Of a stretch of 64,000 bases of DNA, positions 48,361 through 58,881 are shown one piece after another. Origin of the DNA: Chloroflexota bacterium (lineage in GTDB: Bacteria > Chloroflexota > UBA11872 > VXOZ01). Below the pieces are notes generated by a model. It was given only the letters and a program-made list of their open reading frames with translations, was not told the DNA's origin and made no database searches. The position numbers were made by a program, and so were the translations under genes. Every line of letters starts with the position of its first letter. Position 1 is the stretch's first letter. The stretch spans positions 3,328,001 through 3,392,000 of the forward strand of contig OZ244922.1 in NCBI GenBank assembly GCA_965221905.1, read 5' to 3'.

Positions 48361-49206
48361 GTGTTTCTTATGGAAGAAAATATCTCCAATTGGACAAACA
48401 CGATTCATGTGGGAGATTGTCTTGATGTAATGAAGAATATGCCTTCTGATTCTGTTGACCTAATTGTGACATCTCCCCCATACGCCGATGCCCGACAGCA
48501 TACCTATGGTGGAATTCCCCCAAAAGCCTATGTTTCTTGGTTTTCGGATAGGGCAGAACAGATGTTGCGAGTGCTGAAGCCATCAGGTTCTCTTGTCCTG
48601 AACATCAAAGAAAAGGTTGTTGACGGTCAGCGACATACCTACGTCTTGGAACTGATACTAGCACTAAACAGAGATATTGGTTTCCGGTGGGTAGAGGAAT
48701 ACATTTGGCACAAGACTACAGCAGCTCCAGGCAAGTGGAAATACCGATTCAGGGACTCGTGGGAGAGGATTCTGCACTTTAGTAAGACGCCGGACCTGAA
48801 AATGAGGCAAGATGCCGTCAAAGTGCCTGTTGGAGACTGGACGAAGACTCGTCTAAAGAACATGAGTGCGAATGACCTTACTCGGCAGGAATCAAGGACG
48901 AACTCTAAGGTAGGCCGACGAATAGCCGCATGGGAAGGAAAGAGAACAGTTTATCCAAGCAACGTCTTGCATCGCTCGCCAATAGCCCATAACACTGGCC
49001 ACAGCGCCGCTTTCCCTGAATGGCTTCCAGAGTTCTTTATCCTATTGTTTACTGATGAGGGCGATGTTGTTCTTGATCCTTTCTCTGGCAGTGGAACTAC
49101 GTACCGCGTTGCGGAACGCCTGGGGCGAGTACCTGTAGGGATAGAGATTAACGAAGAATATGTCCAAGAACAGCTCTATTTTCGACAACAGGTCAGTGAT
49201 GTCTAA
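48361..49206 (+). CDS. Site-specific DNA methyltransferase, N4/N6 amino-MTase, beta class
   Basis: GDCL, VTSPPY (motif IV) before HSAAFP and VLDPFSGSGTT (motif I). Low GC. Confidence 0.92.
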   Translation: MFLMEENISNWTNTIHVGDCLDVMKNMPSDSVDLIVTSPPYADARQHTYGGIPPKAYVSWFSDRAEQMLRVLKPSGSLVLNIKEKVVDGQRHTYVLELILALNRDIGFRWVEEYIWHKTTAAPGKWKYRFRDSWERILHFSKTPDLKMRQDAVKVPVGDWTKTRLKNMSANDLTRQESRTNSKVGRRIAAWEGKRTVYPSNVLHRSPIAHNTGHSAAFPEWLPEFFILLFTDEGDVVLDPFSGSGTTYRVAERLGRVPVGIEINEEYVQEQLYFRQQVSDV

Positions 49207-49846
49207 ATTGAGTTGGATTACTGATGAAGACCTGAATCATGCAATAGTAAAATTCCGAGAATCCGCCACTAATGCGTTGGATCAAGCAAAGAGACGCCAG
49301 CATAGGAATGTAATTGACCCATTTCTATCCTTAATCATCGCCTCTACTTTTGATATTGCCAGCAAAGAGGAACTGACACGATTACAGGAGAGCGAGTCCG
49401 CACTTAGGGGGATGTCAAATGCTCTCGGCCTTTTCCATCAGGACATACTTTCTGGTGTAGCGGGGTGGGTTAACCACGATGCTGGGTACGATTTGGATTG
49501 CCAGAGGAATAAGGAATTAGCAGAGATAAAGAACAAACACAACACAATGAACGCAGACAATAGGGAAAAGGTCATCAGCAATTTGGACACTGCTGTTAAG
49601 CAAAAGGGCCAAGGATGGAAAGGGTACCTAGTTATCATAGTTCCCAAAAAGCCTCTGCGCTATGAAAAAAGCCTTGGCACTTTGCGCCCAGTATTTGAGA
49701 TTGACGGTGCATCGTTTTACCACAAAGTGACAGGATGTGCCAGTGCACTGCATGATCTATTCGATGCACTCTGCAAGGACTTAACTGAATCACATGAGAT
49801 TGCAGAGTATTGCAGAGGGTTAATGACCACCTCCATTCCCAGGTAG
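49199..49846 (+). CDS. Type II restriction endonuclease, Eco47II-like
   Basis: NVIDPF, NALGLFHQDIL, GYD, AEIKNKHNTMN, IDGASFY..VTG. Overlaps the MTase stop by 8 bp. Confidence 0.8.
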   Translation: MSKLSWITDEDLNHAIVKFRESATNALDQAKRRQHRNVIDPFLSLIIASTFDIASKEELTRLQESESALRGMSNALGLFHQDILSGVAGWVNHDAGYDLDCQRNKELAEIKNKHNTMNADNREKVISNLDTAVKQKGQGWKGYLVIIVPKKPLRYEKSLGTLRPVFEIDGASFYHKVTGCASALHDLFDALCKDLTESHEIAEYCRGLMTTSIPR

Positions 49847-49938
49847 ACGTAAGCGATTAGTATGCTGCCAATCATGTCCCCTCTCTTGGCATTGCGTATA
49901 ACTGTTGATTTACTGTTATGTTGACCTAGTTTCTGGCG

Positions 49939-50520
49939 TTATTGCCGAAGCCCGCGACGCACTTCGGCAATGAGCGTGGGATCAGCCTTCAGGCGGATTG
50001 CGCTTTGCAGGTCTGCTTGGGCTTCGGCAGTACTTCCCATGTATCCATAGCAGAGCGCCCGAAAGGCGTACGCGCGCGCATGCCGGCCGTCGAGTTGAAT
50101 GGCACGGCTGAACTCTGCGATGGCGCCATCGAAGTCACCGAGATCGTAGTAGGCGAGACCGCGCGCGAAGTGCCGTGCAGCCGGATTTTCCGCTGGCGCA
50201 GCACTTGGCTTCGCCGATGTGCGCGCCGCGGGCTCTCTCTTCAAGGTGTAGTAAGCAAGTGGGTGACTGGTGTAGGCATCGGAAAGGAGTCTAGGCGGAA
50301 TCTCTCCGCTGGCATAGGCCCTCTGGCGGCGATAGTAATCCGCGTAAATGAAGACGTTGGCGCGGTCGAAGTGCCCCGCCAACTCCGCACGCGGAGTCGT
50401 AGCCACCCAGCTATAGTCCAAGGTCGGCCGCTGCGTCTCCGGCGCAGGCTCGCGGGCACCGTCACAACCCGCAAGCGTGAGTGTCAAGAGAAGAATCAGC
50501 CGGAGACATGACCGGTTCAT
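49939..50520 (-). CDS. Tetratricopeptide repeat lipoprotein
   Basis: Lipobox LAGC, TPRs (RGLAYYDLGDFDGAIAEFSRAIQLD). Confidence 0.82.
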   Translation of the reverse strand: MNRSCLRLILLLTLTLAGCDGAREPAPETQRPTLDYSWVATTPRAELAGHFDRANVFIYADYYRRQRAYASGEIPPRLLSDAYTSHPLAYYTLKREPAARTSAKPSAAPAENPAARHFARGLAYYDLGDFDGAIAEFSRAIQLDGRHARAYAFRALCYGYMGSTAEAQADLQSAIRLKADPTLIAEVRRGLRQ

Positions 50521-50752
50521 TATTGATTCGCACCCCCTTTCCCTCGCGTCCGGTTTGTCATCATTTCACCACGTTGCCGCGTACTTTTCCACCCCCATTC
50601 TCACCCTTTCGCTCAAAATGCTCGATTACTTTGGAGGCGTGGGGCAATCTCGTGCCGTTAATTACTGTGCGCCTGGGCATACTGTGGAACGGCAAGGTGA
50701 GCCAAAGTCTATATAATGGCAGAGAGGATTCTGCCATAGGAGGTACCATTTA

Positions 50753-51973
50753 ATGTCGAAGCCGAAAGTTGCGATCGAACGCTGTGCGATTAGTGCCAGT
50801 CAAGAGGAGGTGAATGCGGCAGTTGCGCAAGCGGTGGAAGCCATCGGCGGCATTCCCCAGGCTGTGCGCGATGCCAAAAGCATGGTAGTGAAGCCTAACT
50901 ACGTGGGCATTATGTCCAGAGCGAGCAACGACGACGTTCGCATGCACAAGGGCCGGCACGCGCACAATACGGAACCTGCCGTCTGTGCTGCCGCCATCAA
51001 GCAGATTCGGGAGGCAAACCCCAGCGCGACCATATACTACGGCGATGGGTTGGACATCCGCCACGCGCACCGCACGAAAGAAGACATCTTCGACTTCATG
51101 GGAGCAACGGCGCTGGCGAAGCAGTACGATCTCACCCTTCTGGACTGCAACGAAGGTGAGTTCGTGCGGGTGCCTGTCCCGGACGGCGTGATGCTGCGTT
51201 ATCTCTGGGTGCGCCGCGAAATCGCGGAAGCCGATACCTACGTCTCCCTAGCAAAGCTCAAGTGCCACCAAACCGCTGGCTTCACACTATCGACGAAGAA
51301 CATGTTTGGCTTGCTGCCGCGCGTGCACTATGGCGCAGGCAATCGGGGGTTCATGCACCAAAACGCCCACCGTCTGATGCGAGTATTCGTCACGGTCAAC
51401 CAGGCGTTTCCGCAGTCGTTCCAAGTAATCGACGGTATCGTGGGCACGAATCACGGGATGAGCGGCGAACCGAAAGAGGCCGGGCTCGTAATGGCGGGCA
51501 CCAATTCTATCGCCACGGACGCTGTGGGCATGAAGGTGATGGGCTTCGATCCGCAGGCCGATTTCGGTACGCCGCCCTTCTTCATTTCCGAAAACCATAT
51601 CAAGCTCGCTGCCTTAGCCGGCCTTGGCACCACGCAGCTCGATGAGATTGAAGTCCGGGGCGAGTCGCCGGAGTCATTCGGTCTCCAGTTCGAGACCCGG
51701 CCGGAGTCGGAGTTTTCCCACGCAAAAGCCGCGGCAATCCTCGAAGCGACGCGGGCGCAGGCGCGCGTCTATCTCAAAATGCGTGACGAACTGCTCAAGA
51801 CCCACACCGGTAAATTCGTATTCCTGGTAGACGGTGAGGTGGTGCAGAGCGTCGATACGATTGCCGAGGCGGCCAAACTTGACTATTTCAACAATGCGCA
51901 CGGCTTTGGCTTTGCCACACAAGTGCTGCCGCCCAGCGAAGCGGCTGAGAAGATCGAGGCGTATCTCTCTTAG
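50753..51973 (+). CDS. DUF362 domain protein with C-terminal DUF5678-like domain
   Basis: VVKPN, KLKCH...TLSTKNMFG, VIDGIVG, ATDAV. Confidence 0.8.
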   Translation: MSKPKVAIERCAISASQEEVNAAVAQAVEAIGGIPQAVRDAKSMVVKPNYVGIMSRASNDDVRMHKGRHAHNTEPAVCAAAIKQIREANPSATIYYGDGLDIRHAHRTKEDIFDFMGATALAKQYDLTLLDCNEGEFVRVPVPDGVMLRYLWVRREIAEADTYVSLAKLKCHQTAGFTLSTKNMFGLLPRVHYGAGNRGFMHQNAHRLMRVFVTVNQAFPQSFQVIDGIVGTNHGMSGEPKEAGLVMAGTNSIATDAVGMKVMGFDPQADFGTPPFFISENHIKLAALAGLGTTQLDEIEVRGESPESFGLQFETRPESEFSHAKAAAILEATRAQARVYLKMRDELLKTHTGKFVFLVDGEVVQSVDTIAEAAKLDYFNNAHGFGFATQVLPPSEAAEKIEAYLS

Positions 51974-52021
51974 CAACAGCGCGCGCTGACGCACCGCAAT
52001 GAAGCAAGAGCAGCTCTATTC

Positions 52022-53458
52022 ATGTTGGAGGCAATCGCAAGCGATGATGCGCGGTGGGGCAATTGCATGGACCCCGTAGAAGACCTGGTCGCGTTCGTTT
52101 CGCAGTTGCGGTACGAGGACCTGCCGCCAACCACGGTAGAAGCCGTTAAGGTGCAATTGGCCGACGCTTTGGCATGCGCCCTCGCGGGGTCGGCGGCTCC
52201 GTTGAATCCGGAGATTGTCGCGCGCCATGCCCAATGGGGCGGCACCCCGGAGGCGACGGTGCTGGTATACGGACACCGCCTGCCCGCGCCCACGGCGGCC
52301 TGGCTGAACGCGGCCATGATTCACGCCCATGATTTCGACGATTCTCATCGCGCTTCAAATCAGCACGTCTTCGTTACGCTCCTGCCGGCGGCGCTGGCCA
52401 CAGCCGAAAGTCTGCGCCAACCAATTGCAGGAAGGGGCCTCATCACTGCGCTTGCAGGCGCGGCGGAGTTTCAGATTCGCCTGGGCCTCTCCGTACTGCC
52501 CCACATGCACGTCGGCTGGCTGCCTACGGCAGTTTTTGGCGGACTGGGCGCAGCGGCGGCCGGCGCCAAGCTGCTTGGCCTGTCACAGGAAGGCATTGCA
52601 AACGCTGTCGGCCTCGGCTATGCACAGGTACAAGGGAACCGGCAGGGCCTCCTGGAAGGGAACATTGCTAAGCGCCTGACACCGGCGTTCAGCGCCCGTG
52701 CGGGCGTCCATGCCGCGGCGCTGGCTGAAATCGGCGTCACCGGACCCCACGCAATTGCAAACGGTAGCTACGGACTCTACGCGCTCTTCGGCGACGGCAA
52801 CGGCGATGCATCTATGCTCACGTCCGGACTCGGCACACGCTTCTTTGTGAATGACATCGCTCTGAAACCGTATCCCTGCTGCCGCGCAGCGCACCGGCCG
52901 ATTGACATGGCGCTGGTGGCCAAGGCGAACCTGCAACCGTTTGAATCTGCAGCAATCGCCGCCGTGGACGTCTGGCTCCATCCGCGTGGGTACGCGCTGA
53001 TCGGTCAGCCCTTCCAAATACGGCAGAATCCGCAGGTGGACGCGCAATTCAGCGCGCAGTGGACGGTGGCGTTTGCGCTGCTTCACGGCGCGCTGACGCT
53101 CACAGACTTTGATCCGAAGGCAGTGCGCGCAGCAACGGACGTGCGAACACTGGCGGAGAGAGTGCGAATTCACAGACTGCCCGATGCCGATTCCGGTACG
53201 CAAGAGCGCCTCACGCTGCGGCTGCAGGACGGACGGCAGGCAACCATCAGCCACGCCGACATCAAAGGCGAGCCGGGCTTGCCGCTATCGCGCGCAGAAC
53301 GCTTGGGGAAATTTCTCGCCTGCGCCGCCTACGCGCACTATCCTCTAGAACCAACAACGGCGAAAGCCGTGTTTACCGAAATCGAACACCTCGAGGAAAA
53401 CGACGACATCCGTCCGCTCATCGCACAATTCACAACGCATCGCAGTGGTATGTGCTAG
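52022..53458 (+). CDS. MmgE/PrpD family protein
   Basis: AAWLNA..IHAHDFDD.H, KPYPCC..H, AQFS. Alternative start at 52067. Confidence 0.9.
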   Translation: MLEAIASDDARWGNCMDPVEDLVAFVSQLRYEDLPPTTVEAVKVQLADALACALAGSAAPLNPEIVARHAQWGGTPEATVLVYGHRLPAPTAAWLNAAMIHAHDFDDSHRASNQHVFVTLLPAALATAESLRQPIAGRGLITALAGAAEFQIRLGLSVLPHMHVGWLPTAVFGGLGAAAAGAKLLGLSQEGIANAVGLGYAQVQGNRQGLLEGNIAKRLTPAFSARAGVHAAALAEIGVTGPHAIANGSYGLYALFGDGNGDASMLTSGLGTRFFVNDIALKPYPCCRAAHRPIDMALVAKANLQPFESAAIAAVDVWLHPRGYALIGQPFQIRQNPQVDAQFSAQWTVAFALLHGALTLTDFDPKAVRAATDVRTLAERVRIHRLPDADSGTQERLTLRLQDGRQATISHADIKGEPGLPLSRAERLGKFLACAAYAHYPLEPTTAKAVFTEIEHLEENDDIRPLIAQFTTHRSGMC

Positions 53459-53648
53459 CCGTATGCCACGAGAGACGGGTTTCGGCCCCGGTTCTTGCGC
53501 ATGTGAGTGAGATGGTACGCTAAACGCAAACGCATGGTTCGCGGCATAATCCACTGCATGGGACACATAGTGGGCGGCGGTCGGTAGGTACTGGGGAAAG
53601 AAGTGGAAGAAAGGCAAAGTAGCATTTCAACTGACGAAGGAGACTCTT

Positions 53649-54422
53649 ATGAGCGCACTTGAGGGGCGGCGGGCGCTGGTGACCGGCGCGGGAGTTGGGA
53701 TCGGCCAGGGCATTGCGTTGGAGCTGGCCCGCCAGGGGGCGGCGGTGGCGGTGCACTACTATGCCGACAGCGTGGCCGGCGGGCAGGAGACCGTGGCGGC
53801 CATTGAGAAAAGCAGCGGCGTGGCGATTCCGATCGAGGCCGACCTCACAGCCGTGGCGGCGTGTCGCCGCGCGGTGGATGAGGCGGCAGCGGGCCTCGGC
53901 GGTCTCGACGTGCTGATCAACAACGCCGGTGTTACCGTGGAGCGGCCGTTTCAAGAGACCACCGAAGAGAACTTCAACCTGATGTTCGACCTGAATGTAC
54001 GCGGCTACTACTTCTGCGCGCAACAGGCGCTGCCCCACATGCTCGCCCGCGGCGGCGGCAGCATTGTCAATATCTCATCCGTGCACGGCTATGCAGGTTA
54101 CCCGTCCCACGTGGCGTATGCCGGCACAAAAGGCGCTGTCAATGCTCTGACCCGCACGCTGGCAGTCGAGCTTGCTCCGCTGCATGTCCGGGTGAATACG
54201 ATTGGACCGGGTCTGATCGAAGTACCCCGCTATTTCGATAATCCGTCGTATACCACCGAGAAGGGCGCGCAACAGGTGCCGTGGGGACGGGTGGGACGTC
54301 CCGCGGACATTGCGAAAGTGGCGGCATTCTTGGCTTCAGACGGCGCGGACTTCGTCACCGGACAGGTGGTCTACGTGGATGGCGGCACCACTGCGCGCAT
54401 GTCGCTCATGCCGGTGGAGTAA
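53649..54422 (+). CDS. SDR family oxidoreductase
   Basis: [21 protein letters not shown]. Confidence 0.92.
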   Translation: MSALEGRRALVTGAGVGIGQGIALELARQGAAVAVHYYADSVAGGQETVAAIEKSSGVAIPIEADLTAVAACRRAVDEAAAGLGGLDVLINNAGVTVERPFQETTEENFNLMFDLNVRGYYFCAQQALPHMLARGGGSIVNISSVHGYAGYPSHVAYAGTKGAVNALTRTLAVELAPLHVRVNTIGPGLIEVPRYFDNPSYTTEKGAQQVPWGRVGRPADIAKVAAFLASDGADFVTGQVVYVDGGTTARMSLMPVE

Positions 54423-54690
54423 TGTGGTGGCGAGTGTCCTTACGTATCGTGCACTGGTGACGCCTGAGCTATGAGCGCATGTTGATCCGATACAAAGTGC
54501 GCCGACCGCTGTTGGTCTTCGCCCGTTGACTCCTTTGGACAACCTTCTTAGCGATGAGAATATCCTCTCCTTCAAGGGTGAAGGAAAGGATGAGCGTGAA
54601 ATAGGTTAATTCCGCCAAAACAGCAGAGGTGCGCAGGTTCCTCTCGGTGAAGCACTAGGTCTGCAACCACGCACAATGAGGGAATTGTAA

Positions 54691-54998
54691 GTGTCAGGTG
54701 ACTCGTTGACAGAATGGGAGCATGAAACGGCAGAAAGTAATGGATATCAATAGGCTGCCTTTCCCAATAGGTAGTTCTGTCACGAGCAGTGACAGCTCGT
54801 GCATGAAAGACGAATAGGGTAGGCGGCACGAAAACCGTCACTCCGACGTAAAGCCTGCCCCATACTTGATACGGGGCCGGAGTCTAGGGGGTGCAGTGAA
54901 GATGGATTCCGGCTTTCGCCGGAATGACGGAACTGACCGTCCTCAACTTTCCAGAGCATCAATTGGATTGACGAATTTGTCAACGAATTAGTCAACAC
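54691..54998. mobile_element. 308-bp MITE, copy 2
   Basis: Collinear with 7396-7703 and has the same TIRs. Confidence 0.8.
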
Positions 54999-55086
54999 TT
55001 ACAGGAATGACAAGAGAGAGCCGGCTCAATGTTACCGGTAGGAGGCATGGAGACTGTGACAAAGCGTACTAAAGGCAATTCCTGCT

Positions 55087-55515
55087 ATGCCGAAAGATAA
55101 GAAAGAGAGCGTCGAAGGGCCCTCGCCGCACATTCAGCACTACCGGCGCCTCGCCTGGGCACTGATGCTCCTCTGGACCTTTGTCTGGGGCATTTTGGGT
55201 GTCGGTCCCTGGGTAGGTATTCCCGATCTCCCGCAGGATAGCCTCGCCGTACACCTTATACCGGTGGGCATAGGGATTGCCGGCGGCCTAGCCACACGTC
55301 GTCATCCGGTTGCAGGCGGTGTGTATTGGCTGATCGCCGGGTTCTTACTCTCTTCGCTGCTCGTGGTGCGCATGCAAAGCGTTGCGGACATGCTCATCTG
55401 GTGTCTCGCCGCTCTTCCCGCGCTCATCACGGGTGTCCTCCTCATCGTCAACCTAACGCCGGCAGAGCGCGCGGCACTGCTGTCTTCGACAAAATCGCAG
55501 AAACGCAAGCGCTGA
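55087..55515 (+). CDS. Hypothetical membrane protein (4 TM)
   Basis: Four hydrophobic segments and a basic C-terminus. Confidence 0.65.
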   Translation: MPKDKKESVEGPSPHIQHYRRLAWALMLLWTFVWGILGVGPWVGIPDLPQDSLAVHLIPVGIGIAGGLATRRHPVAGGVYWLIAGFLLSSLLVVRMQSVADMLIWCLAALPALITGVLLIVNLTPAERAALLSSTKSQKRKR

Positions 55516-55650
55516 GAAGGGCACGGAGATCGCTGTCGTCGGTGCAAATTGGGACACTTGACCGCTATGTACAGCGCGCGGTCAGGGTGGTCACTCCCGC
55601 GCACACGGGAATCCATCTTCTCTGCATCACGTCAGTTCGTCATCGCCTAG

Positions 55651-55717
55651 AAGAGGGACAAGCCCCCGCGTTACGTAACTCCGCCGATAGGGGTGCAGGT
55701 TTGAAACCTGCATCTAC
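55651..55717 (-). repeat. Two solitary REP variants, one of each family
   Basis: GGGACAAGCCCCCGCGTTAC (55651-55674) and TGCAGGTTTGAAACCTGCATCTAC (to 55717). Another solitary family-1 copy lies at ~32351-32375. Confidence 0.65.
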
Positions 55718-55874
55718 CCGGACTAGAGACGAATTAAGGGGTTGCCCAGCCTTTCATTTCCCGTCTTCCACACACTGCATAGAGACTTTGCTCTTTCAGG
55801 CACAGGGAACCGCGGCGGGTATTGCCGAGAAAAGCACTCAGGGTTGCAACTAGCGCCCTTCAGCAAGAAGCCGG

Positions 55875-57695
55875 CTATTCGAGCGATGACTCTTGTGTTG
55901 CCGGAGAGGCAGAAGGGGCGGGAAAATTCGTCGGCTCTACTATACCTAAGCGTCTTAGGCGATTGCTGGCTGACGCTATCACGTTTTCCATCCAGCCTGG
56001 ATCGATTGGGATTACGGCGGGATCATCGCGGTGTTGGTACACCCACTGCAGCACAAAGTGGCGAATCGTATCCGCTGACGCCGCGCTATCGGGCAGCGAG
56101 AGGTAGTGAGCAAAGAATGATTCGAGCTTCTCTTCGCATACCGCTTCTGAAGCCGGCCCCAGCGTCTCCTGCCCCAAAATCTGGCCGTTGCGAACGAAGA
56201 AGAGATGCACCTTGCCCGGTGGATCTGCCGGATAGATCAGCAGGATGGTGTGTCCGGCGAATCCTCCTGATATCGGGCGGTGGTGCGCCCGGAGACGGCG
56301 CAGAATCTGCGGAACCGCGTCGGTTGCCGGCAGTCCCCGCTCTTGCCAATGACTCAAAACTGCGTCCGGCCCCTCGGATAAGAACTGAAACACGAGGTTC
56401 GCCTGGTCTTGTGGCCAAAGGTCTGCCGTAACATCCAGTAGTCGGCGTGCCACGCGGGCATTCCAGCTAGCCGCCGCGCGGTTGCTGTATGGCCCAAAAT
56501 ACGCTGAATCATCCGGCCGCAACCGACTGCTCGTCCGTACTTTGATGCCCGCTTCCTGGCTGCGCCAAACCCGGACGTACGGCTGCATGGGGCGATACTG
56601 CTGTTGCACGTTGTAGACCGGCTGCAGTTCCTGGATCATCCGCGCTTCGCGGAGCAGGGCTTCAAACTCGGAGCCGGTGACTTCCACGTCAATGCGGTCA
56701 AGCCGCTCTATCAGGCCGTCGAAGAGTCGATCGGGGTCCGAGAGGTGACTGCGCACCCTGCGCTGGAGCGACTTGGACTTGCCTACATAGAGCACAGCGC
56801 CCTCGCTATCGCGAAAGGTGTAGATGCCGGGAAGCGCGGGAAGAAGCCGCACTTGCGCTTGCAGTGCCGTGCGGTGGGCGGGCAGGCGTTTCCCCTGGCC
56901 GTCCAACCACGCCAAGAACGACTGCATGCTTGTGCTGTGCTCGGCGGGAACCCGGTCGAGCAATCTGGCAAAGCACTGTGCGGTCACGCGCGCGTCGATG
57001 AGGGCTCGGTGTTTTGGCGCATCGTTCAGACCGAAATGCCGCGCCAAGCGTTCCAGGCTTGGCCTCTTCAATTCCGGAGTGAGCCGCGTGCTGAGAAGCA
57101 CGGTGTCTATAGTGGCGTTTGTAAGCGGTCGGCGTTTTGTCCACAGCGCCTCATTGCGCAAGAAGCTGAGGTCCGAGGCAATATTGTGACCCACGACCGG
57201 TACGTGGGCGACAAAGGCATAGAAATCGTCGAGCACCGGCCCGGCCGGCGGCGCATCGATTAGCATGTCGTCGCTAATACCGGTGAGCTGCCAGATGCGC
57301 TTGCCCACCGGTTGTCCGGGGTTAACCAGAGAGTTGAAACGTGCGATTTCCTCACCGTTGCAGACCCGCACGGCGCCAAGTTCGATGATGCGGTGGCGGC
57401 CCGCAATGCCGCCGGTGGTCTCGACGTCCAGTACTACGAATACCTGGGAAGCAAGCAGCTCTTCAGCATTCTGCTGCCATTGCTCCAAACCCCAAAGCCC
57501 CACGGCACTTTGGGTAAAGCGGCCGTCGGCGATAAGCCTCTCTTCAACGAGGTGCAGCAAGGCGGCGGGGAGTTCACCATTCATCTGCATTGCGGCACGC
57601 GCAAGCGCCGCAATACTCATATCGCTGCCGCTCTGCTCCAAGATTAAATAGGCTCGTTGGACGAGAACCTGGCGTTCGAATGCTGGGAGTGCCAT
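55875..57695 (-). CDS. DEDDh exonuclease (DnaQ-like) fused to GIY-YIG (UvrC/Cho-like) domain
   Basis: VLDVETTG, GHNIASD, HRALIDA, PGIY.F...LYVGKS..L..RV.SH. Confidence 0.88.
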   Translation of the reverse strand: MALPAFERQVLVQRAYLILEQSGSDMSIAALARAAMQMNGELPAALLHLVEERLIADGRFTQSAVGLWGLEQWQQNAEELLASQVFVVLDVETTGGIAGRHRIIELGAVRVCNGEEIARFNSLVNPGQPVGKRIWQLTGISDDMLIDAPPAGPVLDDFYAFVAHVPVVGHNIASDLSFLRNEALWTKRRPLTNATIDTVLLSTRLTPELKRPSLERLARHFGLNDAPKHRALIDARVTAQCFARLLDRVPAEHSTSMQSFLAWLDGQGKRLPAHRTALQAQVRLLPALPGIYTFRDSEGAVLYVGKSKSLQRRVRSHLSDPDRLFDGLIERLDRIDVEVTGSEFEALLREARMIQELQPVYNVQQQYRPMQPYVRVWRSQEAGIKVRTSSRLRPDDSAYFGPYSNRAAASWNARVARRLLDVTADLWPQDQANLVFQFLSEGPDAVLSHWQERGLPATDAVPQILRRLRAHHRPISGGFAGHTILLIYPADPPGKVHLFFVRNGQILGQETLGPASEAVCEEKLESFFAHYLSLPDSAASADTIRHFVLQWVYQHRDDPAVIPIDPGWMENVIASASNRLRRLGIVEPTNFPAPSASPATQESSLE

Positions 57696-57741
57696 TGCGC
57701 GAAAACCAAAACTGTAGGGGTGCTAGTACGAACCAACTACG

Positions 57742-58881
57742 TCATGCTTGTTCCGACAGCGTGATACCCGTTTGGGCGGAGAGTTGCCTGAGATCGGCGA
57801 GCACGGCCGAGTCAATTGGCACGCCGTTTGCTCGGCGGTCTTGCAAGTGTTCCGCTTCGATCTCGCCGGGCAGAGCAATCCGGTCGAATCCCGGTGCCAG
57901 CGGCAGCCCACGCATCTCCATCAATAGGGCCTCCAGCCGTTCCTTGAATGACTCGATTTCCACGAATGCCGCAATGTCAATTGCAATGAAGAGGTGCGCC
58001 ACGTCGGCGGGCCGGCTCATATCGCTAAAGAACCCTGCGGAATGCACACCCAAAGTCGCGCCGGTGAGCAGTGACGTGAAAATCTCGATCATCAGGGCGA
58101 GACCGGAGCCCTTGTAGTCTGCCAACGGGCGCGCTCCGCCCTGCCTGGCCAGTGTGGGATCAGTCGTGGGCAGGCCGTCAGGCCCGACTGCCCATGTGTC
58201 GGGAATAGACTGTCCCCGCTTCTCAGCCAAGACCACGTGCCCCATGGCCACAACACTTGTCGCCATATCCAGAATGAGCGGTTCGTTGTGGGTTGGCGCG
58301 CCAAAGCAGATGGGGTTAGTGCCCAGGAATTTCTTTGCCGCGCCCCAAGGCACCATGGCCGGGCTCGAATTCGTCGTAACAATGCCGAGGCATCCGGCAT
58401 CGGCCATTTGCAGCGCGTAATCGGCCGCCATACCGAAGTGGTTGCTATTGCGAACGCCTACGGTGGCAATGCCCTGATCTCCGGCGAGCCGAATCGCCAG
58501 TTGCGTAGCATATGTGCTCACCGGCACGCCTAGCCCGTTATCACCGTTCACCAGGGCAGAGGCGGCGCGTTGGCGCTCGACGTGGATGTTCGCGCCGGCG
58601 TTCACGACACCGTTGCGGATGCGCTGCGCCAGCGCGGAGAGGCGTGTGATACCGTGGGTTTCGACACCACGGAGGTCGCACAGCACAAGGTGGCGGGCCG
58701 ACTGCGCCGCATGCTCCAGCGGGATGCCCGCATGCATGAGCACCTCGCACGCGAATTGCTCCAGCCGTGGCGCGGGAATGCGCTGCGCAGCGGCAGGTGA
58801 AGCGTGCGGCGTGTTCCCGCCTATTCTAGGCGTGTTCCCGCCTTTGCTCGGAGTGCTGGCGCCTTCGCTAGGCGCGCTCAC
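57742..58881 (-). CDS. Ldh_2 family (malate/L-lactate/ureidoglycolate-type) oxidoreductase
   Basis: DLRGVETHG, NSNHFG, GTNPI, LDMATS, YKGSGL, PGE. Confidence 0.9.
   Translation of the reverse strand: MSAPSEGASTPSKGGNTPRIGGNTPHASPAAAQRIPAPRLEQFACEVLMHAGIPLEHAAQSARHLVLCDLRGVETHGITRLSALAQRIRNGVVNAGANIHVERQRAASALVNGDNGLGVPVSTYATQLAIRLAGDQGIATVGVRNSNHFGMAADYALQMADAGCLGIVTTNSSPAMVPWGAAKKFLGTNPICFGAPTHNEPLILDMATSVVAMGHVVLAEKRGQSIPDTWAVGPDGLPTTDPTLARQGGARPLADYKGSGLALMIEIFTSLLTGATLGVHSAGFFSDMSRPADVAHLFIAIDIAAFVEIESFKERLEALLMEMRGLPLAPGFDRIALPGEIEAEHLQDRRANGVPIDSAVLADLRQLSAQTGITLSEQA

Noticed and set aside
58808-58864. 21-bp tandem repeats in the 5' end of the Ldh_2 gene (GGNTP repeats)
   Set aside because: A short in-frame slippage in a disordered N-terminus, with no evidence of phase variation.
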